A DNA stretch of 64,000 nucleotides, taken from sequence record OM337876.1, one strand, 5' to 3'. Both the position numbers and the translations under genes were made by a program. This stretch comes from Klebsiella phage KP182. The notes below the pieces were generated by a model. The model did not search any database. It was not told where the DNA came from and worked only from the letters and a program-made list of their open reading frames with translations. Of the stretch, positions 1 through 9,581 are shown piece by piece (position 1 is the stretch's first letter; each line of letters begins with the position of its first letter).

Positions 1-2
1 AT

Positions 3-2171
3 TTATTCACCTTTATTTTCAGAATTTTGAGTAGAAGCTCCATCAAGGAGCTCCATGATTTTTACGATATCATCGACGAGTTTGCTGTCAGTCCGCCAAG
101 TATCCAAGACACTTGCGATGACAGGATAATCATCTTTAAACTGTTCAATCTTTTTATAGAAGATTGTCTCAGCATCACCAGACAGTTTATTATAAATTTT
201 ATTACATAAAGCTAAATCATCGTTTTCATCTTTGATTTTACTTGTACGACAAACCTTAGCGATTTTGTTTAATTTTGTCAGGAACGGATTTTTCATTCCA
301 GACGCAGTAAACTTACTCGACAAGAAATTCAATTTATCGTAATGCGCAATATTTCCACAGATACGGTTTCCAGTAGCATTTGACGGCATGTACTGGTCGT
401 AGTCTACCTTATCAATACACTTGATGTATTGGTCAATAATAAGTCGGTCAAATGAAAGCAATCCATCAGCTTTTGCCGCGGCTTTCATAGCACTCGGACG
501 AATTGCATAGAATTTCTTAATTCCACATGCTTCTGCCAAAGAACGCATATCTGTGATGCTCATATTCCACCACCAAACATTATCTGGGAAAGTGTGGATT
601 TCATCACGATTGCGACCGATAGCATAGCCTTCAAGCTCAGTAATTTCAGATGATACTAAAGTCTGACGGTCTTCTTCCCAGTACCCGCCTTTATCAATCC
701 AATGCAGAGAAACATTTGGTGATTTAGGACGTTTCTCTTTTGGACCAGTGTCGTAATCAGGAAGAGCTTTTCTCTGGGCTTCAAGTTCAGACACACGGAA
801 TACTACAACTTCATCAGTATCCATGATTTTCTTCAGCTCATCAATGACATGTAATTCATCTTCATTGTCTTTGATTACAGTAATGTGTGCCCAGATTGGA
901 ACTAACCCAGATTTACACAGAGCACGAACCGTAGCAATACGCTTACCCGCTTTATCGTCAATAAGAACAAACGCTTTAGTTCTATCAACCCCACAAATAT
1001 CAGAAATGTTTACTTGGTTATGACGATGCCAAGAACTGCTTGACACTTTACGACGAGCAGGTTCATCGCATGAAACATAAACTGATACTTCGTTATCTAC
1101 ATAGTATGAACGAATTTTATCAAGATTATACTTCGCAACTACTTGTTTAATATCGCGGTTCCCAATGGTAATACCGCGGCTCTGAAGAATAGAACGTTCC
1201 TTAGAACTCAGCTTATTGAACTCACGCAGGAATTCACGGTCAGATTCGTACGCTTCAAACGCTTTAATATCTGCGGTAATTACCTCTTCTTCAAGAGCAT
1301 TCACACGCTTCTGGATGTTGGCAATAGTTTCTTCATCAAGAGAAAGCTCTTCACGAGATGGAGTAATGTCTAATTCGCCAAGAGGGAAATGAACATAAAC
1401 CTTGCCATAACGATTAAGCAGCCAATCTGCCTTAACATCTACACCGCTAATCGGATATACGATTTTTCCATAAACTGCATACAGACCATAACTTTCGTAA
1501 GAGCTATTAACGCTGAACCAGTCGGTCTTATCTACTGGGAAATATTCAATTTCACGGCGAAGAGAATCTACCTTTGGAGGTACAGCACCAAATGTACGCA
1601 AAATATATGCGATTTCATAATGCCAAGTATCAATATCTTCTACTTTAACCGGAACTGTAATTTCAAGACCAGTTTCTTCGTCTTCTTTCATATCATCGAC
1701 AAACATCGGACGAATAGTAGGTTCACCGCGGTTTTTCATGACAGTATAACCGGTGGCTTTACCATTATGATATGATACTACGTTAAATGTACTTGTATAG
1801 CTTAAAGGCGATTTAGAACCAAGACCAAGAGCACCGATGAAATCATTACTATTATTCTTTGTAGATTCAAAGAACGTTTTGTACATCGTCATCATGTCAT
1901 TATGATTAAGACCCGGGCCATAATCACGAATTACAAAGCGCGGGTCAAGACGAGTTGGTGCTTTGATGTAAAATGGACGATTTTCATTACCGTTCAGTTT
2001 ATGAGCATCATCACAGTTAGTAGAAAGTTCACGAACAACCGCACGGACTTTATACTTATAAAGTTTATTTGACAAAATGTCAAAAGCTTTACCTGAAGCT
2101 TTAATGGTAAACGTTGAATCGTCAGCGTCAGAAGAACCAATAATTACTTCATCATCACATTTAATTTTCAT
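3..2171 (-). CDS. rIIA: rIIA membrane-associated protein (GHKL ATPase-like N-terminus); looks complete, with the stop near position 3-5
   Basis: 722 aa; N-terminus and length match T4 rIIA (725 aa); 'DYGPGL' ATPase-lid motif; leftmost gene as in the T4 map. Confidence 0.93.
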   Translation of the reverse strand: MKIKCDDEVIIGSSDADDSTFTIKASGKAFDILSNKLYKYKVRAVVRELSTNCDDAHKLNGNENRPFYIKAPTRLDPRFVIRDYGPGLNHNDMMTMYKTFFESTKNNSNDFIGALGLGSKSPLSYTSTFNVVSYHNGKATGYTVMKNRGEPTIRPMFVDDMKEDEETGLEITVPVKVEDIDTWHYEIAYILRTFGAVPPKVDSLRREIEYFPVDKTDWFSVNSSYESYGLYAVYGKIVYPISGVDVKADWLLNRYGKVYVHFPLGELDITPSREELSLDEETIANIQKRVNALEEEVITADIKAFEAYESDREFLREFNKLSSKERSILQSRGITIGNRDIKQVVAKYNLDKIRSYYVDNEVSVYVSCDEPARRKVSSSSWHRHNQVNISDICGVDRTKAFVLIDDKAGKRIATVRALCKSGLVPIWAHITVIKDNEDELHVIDELKKIMDTDEVVVFRVSELEAQRKALPDYDTGPKEKRPKSPNVSLHWIDKGGYWEEDRQTLVSSEITELEGYAIGRNRDEIHTFPDNVWWWNMSITDMRSLAEACGIKKFYAIRPSAMKAAAKADGLLSFDRLIIDQYIKCIDKVDYDQYMPSNATGNRICGNIAHYDKLNFLSSKFTASGMKNPFLTKLNKIAKVCRTSKIKDENDDLALCNKIYNKLSGDAETIFYKKIEQFKDDYPVIASVLDTWRTDSKLVDDIVKIMELLDGASTQNSENKGE

Positions 2172-2181
2172 TTTATTCCTA

Positions 2182-2388
2182 TCAATTGTGTCGTTTAATG
2201 ATTTCTGCTACTTCAAGTAACTCTTCAGCAGTAGCGGTGTTAGTTGTAAAAATTTTATTATGGATTTCTTTGAAGCGTTCTTTGAATTCCTCAGCTGCTT
2301 GGATGTCAAAGAACCGCTGGATGATACGATATTCACGATATATAGCATCGTTGAATAATTCTTCTGATGGGATGTAACTACGTTTCAT
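2182..2388 (-). CDS. rIIA.1-like small protein
   Basis: 68-aa ORF immediately upstream of rIIA with a 10-nt gap; synteny with T4 rIIA.1. Confidence 0.6.
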   Translation of the reverse strand: MKRSYIPSEELFNDAIYREYRIIQRFFDIQAAEEFKERFKEIHNKIFTTNTATAEELLEVAEIIKRHN

Positions 2389-2498
2389 AATATTTTCCTC
2401 AGTGATTTAGGGAAATTATATCACTATAACTTTAAGCAAGAATCCTAGAATCATCTCCAAGCACTTCTTGATTAAAGCCATATAAATCCATTCTTATA

Positions 2499-2522
2499 AA
2501 GAAAAAGGGACCCGGAGGTCCC
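2499..2522 (-). terminator. intrinsic terminator hairpin GGGACC-CGGA-GGTCCC followed by a U-tract on the minus transcript
   Basis: perfect 6-bp GC stem plus tetraloop; minus-strand RNA continues UUUUUCUUUAUAAG. Confidence 0.6.
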
Positions 2523-2527
2523 TTAGA

Positions 2528-2680
2528 TTACCACACCCTACTAACTCGACCATAAACCTCATGTTTAGAACCATCAATGTTTTCAACCCAGATGGTTACC
2601 CAAGTTCCGGGCAGAGGTTTCTTTTCAGCGAACAGATATCCATAGTCGCCTGAGATCAAAGTAATCCAATAACGTTGCAT
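2528..2680 (-). CDS. 50-aa hypothetical protein (MQRYWITLISGDYGYLFAEKKPLPGTWVTIWVENIDGSKHEVYGRVSRVW), 60.1-like position
   Basis: hand-translated ORF below the 60-aa cutoff of the track; ends just before the terminator hairpin; fills the gap between gene 39 and rIIA.1. Confidence 0.35.
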   Translation of the reverse strand: MQRYWITLISGDYGYLFAEKKPLPGTWVTIWVENIDGSKHEVYGRVSRVW

Positions 2681-2727
2681 GTTAATTCCTTCTAAGTAAG
2701 GGCAATAGTACCCTTACTATTTATTCT

Positions 2728-4566
2728 TTATTCACTCATCCATGTCTTACGTGGTGCAGCATCATTACCCATAATTAATTCAAACAGTTCTTTCCAGTTT
2801 TCAGGAAGAGATACTACATCATAAACCGGGTCTTGAATAACACGTTCGTATTCATCTTCTTCAAGAGAACCAAGACCTTTAATATAACGAAGTTTCCAAC
2901 CTTTGAAATCATCTTTATGGTCTTCATATTCACCAAGAGAATAGAACCAACGTTGTTCTTTACCTTTGGTGAGAATAATAACCGGAGTTTTCACAAAGCG
3001 GATTCTACCCTGTTCAAACAGCTCAGGCCAATTACTGAAAAACGCTAAAAGACTTGGGAAAATTGAACCAACACCATCAACGTCTGCATCGGTCATGATA
3101 GCAATATTTCGGTAGTTAGTATTTTCAGCAGGCTCACCAATCGTCAAACCGGTGATTGCACAAATGTCAAATACTTCCTTGTTCTTCATAGCATCTGCAG
3201 CAGACATTCCCCATGTATTCATGAACTTACCGCGTAGAGGATATCCGCCATGAAGTTCACGGTCACGGGTTGTGAGCAGATAACCAATCGCAGAATCACC
3301 CTCGGTTAAGAATAAAGTGGTGTCAGCATCTTTGCCATATTTGTTTGCCTTGATGTGCTTAGCTACTTTAGCTTTCTGCGCTTTCTTGGCGGCTTTAGTT
3401 TCTGCAGCTTTCTCTGCAGCAAGTTTACGAGCTAACATTGCCTCGATAATAGGCATATGAATATCTTCAGATTTCATAATAGCGTTAGCAAGTTTCTTGT
3501 AATCAATATCAATATGGCTACGAATTTCTCCCCAAGGAGAAGTCAGACGCTCTTTAGTCTGAGAATCAAATCGCATGTTAGACATATCACGAATAAACAT
3601 GATGACAGTCAGACATTCTTTAATTCGTGCTTTATTAACTTCTAACTTGTACTTACGTTTTAATGCTGGAATGAGTTCATTGCTCAGTTCATCGAGAACT
3701 AGGTCAACGTGAGTGCCACCATTTTTGGTGTGAATGTTATTAACATATGAAAGTTGACGGAACCCATCATCTGAGCGACCAATAGCAATAGCACAAGTAT
3801 CAGAATCCTGCACTACTGCATTTTCATCATACATCTGGGCGTAAGCTTTAAACTTACCTTGAACACGTTTACCCATGAATTTGAATTCAATATCAGGATA
3901 AACTACTGCTAATGTCATCAGACGATCGTGAATGATTGATTGGTCAACATCAGTTAGTCCTGTGCTTTCAAAGTGACTGAAATCTGGAATGAATGATACT
4001 ACAGTACCAGTCTTATCTTTGATGAATTCTTTATCTTTTGCTGGGCGTTCTTCCCAAGAGATATTCTCGGCACCATTAGAGCAACGAACTACAATTTCAT
4101 TTTTACCATCGCACGTTGCACCAGTGAAAGATACTGAAAAGATGTTAGTTAACGCAGAACCAACACCATTCATACCACCTGTTTTACGTTCAGCATCATC
4201 ACCAAAGTTACCACCCGCACGAGGACGAGTCCATGCGGCGACTGGGCCTGGAATAGTTTCTCCTTCAGGAGTTACTACCGGAGCCTGTGGAAGACCACGA
4301 CCATTATCAGTTACGATAATCTTATTTCCCTTGATATCAACGGAAATTTTATTGGCATGTTTAAAATTTGTACGAATAGCTTCATCAACAGAGTTATCAA
4401 TGATTTCATCAATAAGCTTAATAATACCAGGAACATACTTTACTGATTGGAATTTACCAAAAAGAAAACGGTCATGTGCCTCACACGCAGAACTACCGAT
4501 GTACATTCCGCTGCGCTTAATGATATGTTCTCGGTCACTCAGAATTTTAATTTCGTTCTTAATCAT
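2728..4566 (-). CDS. 39: DNA topoisomerase II large subunit, fused gp39+gp60 (complete GyrB-like subunit)
   Basis: 612 aa; N-terminus MIKNEIKILSD...SGMYIGS matches T4 gp39; C-terminal ~100 aa corresponds to gp60; continuous ORF as in T2/T6-type phages. Confidence 0.93.
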   Translation of the reverse strand: MIKNEIKILSDREHIIKRSGMYIGSSACEAHDRFLFGKFQSVKYVPGIIKLIDEIIDNSVDEAIRTNFKHANKISVDIKGNKIIVTDNGRGLPQAPVVTPEGETIPGPVAAWTRPRAGGNFGDDAERKTGGMNGVGSALTNIFSVSFTGATCDGKNEIVVRCSNGAENISWEERPAKDKEFIKDKTGTVVSFIPDFSHFESTGLTDVDQSIIHDRLMTLAVVYPDIEFKFMGKRVQGKFKAYAQMYDENAVVQDSDTCAIAIGRSDDGFRQLSYVNNIHTKNGGTHVDLVLDELSNELIPALKRKYKLEVNKARIKECLTVIMFIRDMSNMRFDSQTKERLTSPWGEIRSHIDIDYKKLANAIMKSEDIHMPIIEAMLARKLAAEKAAETKAAKKAQKAKVAKHIKANKYGKDADTTLFLTEGDSAIGYLLTTRDRELHGGYPLRGKFMNTWGMSAADAMKNKEVFDICAITGLTIGEPAENTNYRNIAIMTDADVDGVGSIFPSLLAFFSNWPELFEQGRIRFVKTPVIILTKGKEQRWFYSLGEYEDHKDDFKGWKLRYIKGLGSLEEDEYERVIQDPVYDVVSLPENWKELFELIMGNDAAPRKTWMSE

Positions 4567-4606
4567 TACATTTCCTCAGTTAGTGGAGGCATTATATCAA
4601 TACATT

Positions 4607-4804
4607 TTAAAAGCATACTTCAGCAGCACCAGTAGAAGGATTAACACAAAGATTATCTGAAATCTTAACACCAACTTTACCATTCACACCAATACCAATT
4701 GAGCTTTTCTGAACTTCATTAGAAGATTCCGTAGAATCTGCTAAGGAAACCAGAACTCCAATTGAGATAACTAATGCGATTAAAGTTAAGATGATGTATT
4801 TCAT
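4607..4804 (-). CDS. small secreted/membrane protein (signal-peptide-like N-terminus)
   Basis: 65 aa; hydrophobic N-terminus MKYIILTLIALVISIGVLVSLA; 39.1/39.2 position. Confidence 0.45.
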   Translation of the reverse strand: MKYIILTLIALVISIGVLVSLADSTESSNEVQKSSIGIGVNGKVGVKISDNLCVNPSTGAAEVCF

Positions 4805-4867
4805 GTTTTATTCTCCAGTAGTTTATAAGTCTATAATACCACAGAAGACCATTCGTGTAAACAACTA

Positions 4868-4893
4868 AAGGACCCGAAGGTCCTTTTTATTCA
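4868..4893 (-). terminator. hairpin GGACC-CGAA-GGTCC with T-runs on both sides (possibly bidirectional)
   Basis: stem-loop directly after the stop of the 4887..5135 ORF; AAA...TTTTTATT flank. Confidence 0.5.
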
Positions 4894-5135
4894 AAACGAA
4901 TGGTACTATTTTTAAGGAACAACCCAGAACAGACTGTACCATTCACCTGTTTCCCTGTTGGCCCAATAGCCGTAAAGCCTGTGTGTTGAAAATCATCCTC
5001 TGAGCAAGAAAAGAACTTATACCCAGTGATTTGGATATTAGTAAATCCTGCGTTGTCTAACACGCGAGTTGCGTTATCAGCGTCAGTGCATCCAATCATC
5101 ATGAAGGCAAGCGCTGTAATTAAAATCTTTTTCAT
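4887..5135 (-). CDS. predicted lipoprotein (lipobox MIGC)
   Basis: 82 aa; MKKILITALAFMMIGC signal peptide with lipobox cysteine. Confidence 0.55.
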   Translation of the reverse strand: MKKILITALAFMMIGCTDADNATRVLDNAGFTNIQITGYKFFSCSEDDFQHTGFTAIGPTGKQVNGTVCSGLFLKNSTIRFE

Positions 5136-5220
5136 TTTAATTTAACCCTATAAGTTATATTACCTACTTTAATAACCCGGATTTCTCCGGGTTTCATGGT
5201 AATGCGTGCTTTAGTTCCCA

Positions 5221-5397
5221 TCAATAATCACCACTTTTTAATCCATCATAGTGAACTGCCGGAGCAGAAACCACTCGCTTCATTTGGCCTTCACATTCAG
5301 TATTGAAGCACTTGATGGTGTAATCGCGTTGAGAAATTTTACGCATAATTTCTATCTTTTTTCCACAGACTTCACACTTGTAATCATACGTTGGCAT
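5221..5397 (-). CDS. zinc-ribbon protein (FmdB/CxxC_CxxC-like); start likely at MPTYDYKCEVCG
   Basis: YxYxCxxCG ... CxxC pattern typical of the FmdB family; 5' end trimmed to avoid overlap with the upstream gene. Confidence 0.5.
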   Translation of the reverse strand: MPTYDYKCEVCGKKIEIMRKISQRDYTIKCFNTECEGQMKRVVSAPAVHYDGLKSGDY

Positions 5398-5719
5398 TAA
5401 CAGCATCCTTCCATTTTTGTGTTTTGACCATGATTTGCTCATTCAGTGCACGAGTAACCATCATGGAGATTTCATCATCTGATACATGGGTATCATTTTT
5501 ATGGCGATTTCTGAAATGCAGCCAAAGTGCATCCACTACACAGTTAATAACATCTGCGCACTCGCCTTCAAACTCTTCTTTCTGCCGCCATGGACGATTA
5601 ATCCAATCACACATTTCTCCAGTTTCTGAAGAAAGTTGCAGCATGACATTCCCAATGCTACGGTTAGGAATAGGATAAGACAGTTTTGATGCTTCAAAAA
5701 TAGGAGCTAAATTTAACAT
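5384..5719 (-). CDS. MazG-like nucleoside triphosphate pyrophosphohydrolase domain protein
   Basis: 111 aa; 'SSETGEMCDW' (EXXE) and 'ECADVINCVVDAL' motifs resembling the all-alpha MazG/dUTPase-like fold. Confidence 0.45.
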   Translation of the reverse strand: MLNLAPIFEASKLSYPIPNRSIGNVMLQLSSETGEMCDWINRPWRQKEEFEGECADVINCVVDALWLHFRNRHKNDTHVSDDEISMMVTRALNEQIMVKTQKWKDAVNANV

Positions 5720-6078
5720 TGATATGCACTCTGCAGTGCTGCAATAGCAGCGATTGCTTGACCCCGGTTATGAATAGAAAGATTCATAACCAAATCGGTT
5801 GGAATTACATTCGCGGAAGTTCCAACTTCAGTAAAGTATTTGAATTCGCTATCAAAAATTACAAGGTCTTCACCACCAACTTCATCACATTCTGTGCCAT
5901 TAGCCCACGTAATTCCGGATACTCTATTATTTTGGCGGTCAACTTTAGTAACAGTAAAACTCCCGCCATTTTCATAGAGTTCATACACAAAGTCTTCATT
6001 AAACTCGTAACGTGATGAAAATTCTTCTTCAGCTTCGCGATTGACGAATTTGTACTGTACGCCTTCTTTAAAATTCAT
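5713..6078 (-). CDS. hypothetical protein
   Basis: 121-aa ORF in the operon-like minus-strand array. Confidence 0.4.
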   Translation of the reverse strand: MNFKEGVQYKFVNREAEEEFSSRYEFNEDFVYELYENGGSFTVTKVDRQNNRVSGITWANGTECDEVGGEDLVIFDSEFKYFTEVGTSANVIPTDLVMNLSIHNRGQAIAAIAALQSAYQC

Positions 6079-6290
6079 TACACAATCTCCATGTATTCTG
6101 GGCCATCAACTGTGATTACACGAGCAAAGGTACGAACTGGGACGATATCACCATGATTCGCGAATACATACAACCAAGTCCAATGCTCTTCTTTACCGAA
6201 GGTTTTCTCTTTCTGAACGACGATTAAGTCCGGGTTGAACAGAACATCTTCAAAAACTTCAGCAGTAATTTTTACGGTATTTTCAGTTTT
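6078..6290 (-). CDS. hypothetical protein; start moved to MKTENTVKI (GAGGAG RBS) because the annotated 5' end overlaps an early promoter
   Basis: RBS CTGAGGAGAATAACATG at 6288-6306; promoter at 6321-6350. Confidence 0.45.
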   Translation of the reverse strand, partial: KTENTVKITAEVFEDVLFNPDLIVVQKEKTFGKEEHWTWLYVFANHGDIVPVRTFARVITVDGPEYMEIV

Positions 6291-6320
6291 CATGTTATTC
6301 TCCTCAGTAGTTGATAAGAT

Positions 6321-6350
6321 AATAGTACCACATCCTTGTGGTAAAGTAAA
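6321..6350 (-). promoter_or_regulatory. T4-type early promoter GTTTAC-N18-TACTAT with spacer stem-loop CCACA/TGTGG (PeSL-like); copy 1 of an identical 33-nt element
   Basis: minus-strand read AAAAAGTTGTTTACTTTACCACAAGGATGTGGTACTAT; identical to 20919-20949. Confidence 0.7.
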
Positions 6351-6357
6351 CAACTTT

Positions 6358-6765
6358 TTATACTAAACCTTGACGCTGTGATTCCGTCGGCTCTACATCA
6401 GCTTTAGGCAGAACTGCATAGTTGCCTTGAAACACTACGTTTACTAAGGTTTTACCGTCTTCTTCCCACTCATCAGTGACAAGAACATTTTTGTGCAGCG
6501 ACAGATTAGTGGCTGAATTAGTAGAACTCACCGATTGGGTAATAACATTGTCCAGTGAATTTACATGTACCCACTTGCGCAGATAGCTTTCACTAGATTC
6601 AACGAATTTTTTCAAGCAGTGGATGTAATCGCCAAAATCTTCACGGTAAATCTTATACCCAGATTTACCGTCATTACGATTAACTACTTTAACGATTACG
6701 CCACTGTGACCAACCCACTTACCACCAATTACTTTAACGTTTTCACCTACAACTAAATCTTTCAT
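6358..6765 (-). CDS. KOW-domain-like hypothetical protein
   Basis: N-terminus GENVKVIGGKWVGHSGVIVKV resembles the KOW motif (NusG/L24 type). Confidence 0.4.
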   Translation of the reverse strand: MKDLVVGENVKVIGGKWVGHSGVIVKVVNRNDGKSGYKIYREDFGDYIHCLKKFVESSESYLRKWVHVNSLDNVITQSVSSTNSATNLSLHKNVLVTDEWEEDGKTLVNVVFQGNYAVLPKADVEPTESQRQGLV

Positions 6766-6995
6766 CGTGTTTCTCTCAGTTTGTTAATGTAGAGCCATTA
6801 TATAATGGCTCTTTCATAAAGTAAATAGTTATCGGTGAGAAATTTCGCATCCAACGTCTACGCCGAACAGATACCCAGCTTCCCACCCTTTAGCCATCAT
6901 AGCCTTGGCCACCAGAACCATCGTTGGAGAGATTTCCGGGAGGATTTCCCGGTTGAACCACTCTTCGAAGTTTTCATCGAACTCAAACTCTTCCA

Positions 6996-7685
6996 TTAGC
7001 CACGCCCCTTAGGTAAACTCAGTGGATCGGTATCTTCTGGACTTGGTGCTTCGCTTAGGCCTAGAGCATAGCGTTGAGCATATTTAAGCATTAGAATATC
7101 TTTGGCACAGTCATGGATACTATCATGCGCGATAAATCCATCGAGCGTACCCTTTGGAAGAGGGGTAGTTGTCAGCCCACGAGTCAGAAGCAGCGATTCA
7201 ATTGCAGTACGAATGTCACGCTGATTCCAGAACTTGCATGGTTCTTCTTTAAATGTATCAATTTCTTCTTCGGAAATTCCTTGGGCTCGTTGAACATCGC
7301 GAAGACAATCAACAAAAATCGGAAAGTCAAAGCTCTGCCCACGACACCAGCCAAAGGAATCCCATGGGTGAATTCCATTATCAATCAGATATTGCTGGGC
7401 TTCTTTAATTCCAGCAATTACTGATAAATCGTCTGGCGTTGAGGCCAGGTTAGCCCGGGCTTCAGCTGATTGTTTCTTCCACCACTCAAGAGTAGACTTA
7501 CCAAACAACCGATGACCTTTCTGGGATTTAAGGTCAAACTTAATACGATGACCACGATTAACCAGCTCATCAAAACTCTCGATAATTTCTGGGTCAGAAT
7601 CAAAGGTGATTAGCGCAAGGTCAATCACAGAAGAGCTTGACACATTTCCGAATGTTTCAAAATCAATAATAAAGTCTTTAGCCAT
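6996..7685 (-). CDS. dexA: exonuclease A (DEDDh 3'-5' exonuclease)
   Basis: 229 aa; N-terminus DFIIDFETFG matches the T4 DexA Exo I motif; size and position match. Confidence 0.85.
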   Translation of the reverse strand: MAKDFIIDFETFGNVSSSSVIDLALITFDSDPEIIESFDELVNRGHRIKFDLKSQKGHRLFGKSTLEWWKKQSAEARANLASTPDDLSVIAGIKEAQQYLIDNGIHPWDSFGWCRGQSFDFPIFVDCLRDVQRAQGISEEEIDTFKEEPCKFWNQRDIRTAIESLLLTRGLTTTPLPKGTLDGFIAHDSIHDCAKDILMLKYAQRYALGLSEAPSPEDTDPLSLPKGRG

Positions 7686-7932
7686 TTTGAGCCTCTAGCA
7701 TAAATTTAATTTCGCGTAACTGGCAACCAATATATTCGCTCAGATACACCTTTGGGTCATATCCTGTAAACCAAGTGATAGCATTAGCGTTATCCGCTAT
7801 ATCACGAAGCTCATTCAGAACTGTATCAATTTTAATGTTAATAGCACGCTTAACATTATCCGGTGCTTCAAACTTAGATTCTTGTAAGCCAACAATCATT
7901 GTTTGAAGGTCTTCTAATTTCAATTCAAACAT
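7678..7932 (-). CDS. hypothetical protein
   Basis: 84-aa ORF between dexA and dda. Confidence 0.4.
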   Translation of the reverse strand: MFELKLEDLQTMIVGLQESKFEAPDNVKRAINIKIDTVLNELRDIADNANAITWFTGYDPKVYLSEYIGCQLREIKFMLEAQNG

Positions 7933-7938
7933 ATTACC

Positions 7939-9270
7939 TCACACATAAAATACATCATATCGACCTCGGGTAGTACCAACATATAATAACTGCTGTGCGA
8001 GAGAAGCATCTGCCATGTGAATGCATGGAGTATAAATGAAGCTTCTGTCAATTGAGATACCCTGGGCCTTATGGAAAGTTGAAGCCGGCAATGCTTTCAC
8101 TTTATGAAACTTACGCTTAGCATCCCAGAACTCAGACCAAGGAGCTTTACCTCCTTTATTCCAATTCTTATATGTATCTGCAGTTTTTGCCAGGAAGAAT
8201 TGAAACTTATTCATTTCTTCTTCGGATGAGATGACACAGATTTTCTCTCTAGCGTACTCTTCATCATCGCCATAGGTTTCAATATCTAATACCCAATGAC
8301 GAACCAGATATTCACCTGGAACACCTCTGGCACCCAAAAACGTGGTGGTTTCAACTGCATCTAATATGCGAACAAACTGACCATTATTGAAAAGAATTTC
8401 GCTGAATTTCTTCCCCTCAAATTTAAGTTCCTTGGTAAGAGGTTCTTGCATAACAACAATCTCACCTACTACGAATGGTCGGTCAGTTTCGTATATTCTT
8501 CGTCTGATTATTTCGTTCAGTTTATCAACAGATTTATTCGTGAACGCAAGCATTCTGTTTTCAAATAAATCTTCTGGGGTTTTAACTAAATTAAAATAAT
8601 TTAGCATAAAATCTTTAAGGGCAGTTCCTTTCGTAAACCCACGGACACCATGACCATCAACTACACAGTCACGAATCCATCCACCATTTCTGATTTCGGT
8701 AGCGACTTCAATGATTGGGGCATTACTCCGCATCACCTCGGTCAAATGAAGTTGTAAGAAATCTTTATGAGTGAAGAATGGACTCAACGCAGGTTCATTA
8801 CTTCCAGGTTCTACTGGACGAATTTGAGCCTTATCACCAATGGCAATGACAATACACCAAGCAGGAATAGTTGCCATCAAAATCTTAAACAGCTTACGGT
8901 CATACATTGAAGCTTCATCACAGATGAGAACTCGAATAGACGCCATATCTGGAGCTTTCTTTTGTTCAAACAGAACGTTTTCTTCATATGTCGTCGGGTT
9001 AATTTTCAGAAGACTATGAATAGTACTGGCCTGCATTCCGCTGAGCTTAGATAAAACCTTTTTGGCCCCATGCGTAGGTGCTGCCAACGCAATACCAGAG
9101 ATACCCTGAGAAATCAAAGCATCAATGATAAATTTGGTTAAAGTTGTTTTACCTGTACCGGCAGGTCCATTAATCGTAATGTGTTGTCCTTTAGCTCCTT
9201 GTTTGACCATTTCAATGACTTTATTAAAAATCGCTTTTTGACTTTCTTTTAACTGGTCAAACGTAATCAT
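7939..9270 (-). CDS. dda: Dda DNA helicase (SF1B)
   Basis: 443 aa; INGPAGTGKTTLTKFIIDALIS Walker A and ~70% identity to the remembered T4 Dda along its length. Confidence 0.93.
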   Translation of the reverse strand: MITFDQLKESQKAIFNKVIEMVKQGAKGQHITINGPAGTGKTTLTKFIIDALISQGISGIALAAPTHGAKKVLSKLSGMQASTIHSLLKINPTTYEENVLFEQKKAPDMASIRVLICDEASMYDRKLFKILMATIPAWCIVIAIGDKAQIRPVEPGSNEPALSPFFTHKDFLQLHLTEVMRSNAPIIEVATEIRNGGWIRDCVVDGHGVRGFTKGTALKDFMLNYFNLVKTPEDLFENRMLAFTNKSVDKLNEIIRRRIYETDRPFVVGEIVVMQEPLTKELKFEGKKFSEILFNNGQFVRILDAVETTTFLGARGVPGEYLVRHWVLDIETYGDDEEYAREKICVISSEEEMNKFQFFLAKTADTYKNWNKGGKAPWSEFWDAKRKFHKVKALPASTFHKAQGISIDRSFIYTPCIHMADASLAQQLLYVGTTRGRYDVFYV

Positions 9271-9581
9271 GCCACTTTTACCCTCACTACATGTAGATTT
9301 TTAATTTTTGCTTCGAGTTTTTCGCGCTCAACATCGCTAAGTGGTTCATACACCAGCTCAGATGTTTTCCACCAAAGCATCCCTTTGGTTTTGCTTTTCC
9401 CAGTAAAATTCCCTTTTGCTAATTTGTCTGTTAAAACCGACATTGTACGAATCCGTGCTTTATTAGCCGATTCTTCATTAGTGAAGACTACACATCGTTC
9501 TCCATCATACATATCAGTTGTGACTGGATGGTCAAATCCGTCTTTATCCTTATACGCTACTACATATCCATAGTGTTGCAT
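9267..9581 (-). CDS. dda.1-like hypothetical protein
   Basis: 104 aa; translationally coupled upstream of dda, as T4 dda.1. Confidence 0.5.
   Translation of the reverse strand: MQHYGYVVAYKDKDGFDHPVTTDMYDGERCVVFTNEESANKARIRTMSVLTDKLAKGNFTGKSKTKGMLWWKTSELVYEPLSDVEREKLEAKIKNLHVVRVKVA

Noticed and set aside
5221-5719. Possible programmed frameshift linking the MazG-like and zinc-ribbon ORFs (59-nt overlap)
   Set aside because: The zinc-ribbon gene has a plausible internal start (MPTYDYKC) typical of the FmdB family, which reduces the overlap to 14 nt. Ordinary translational coupling suffices.
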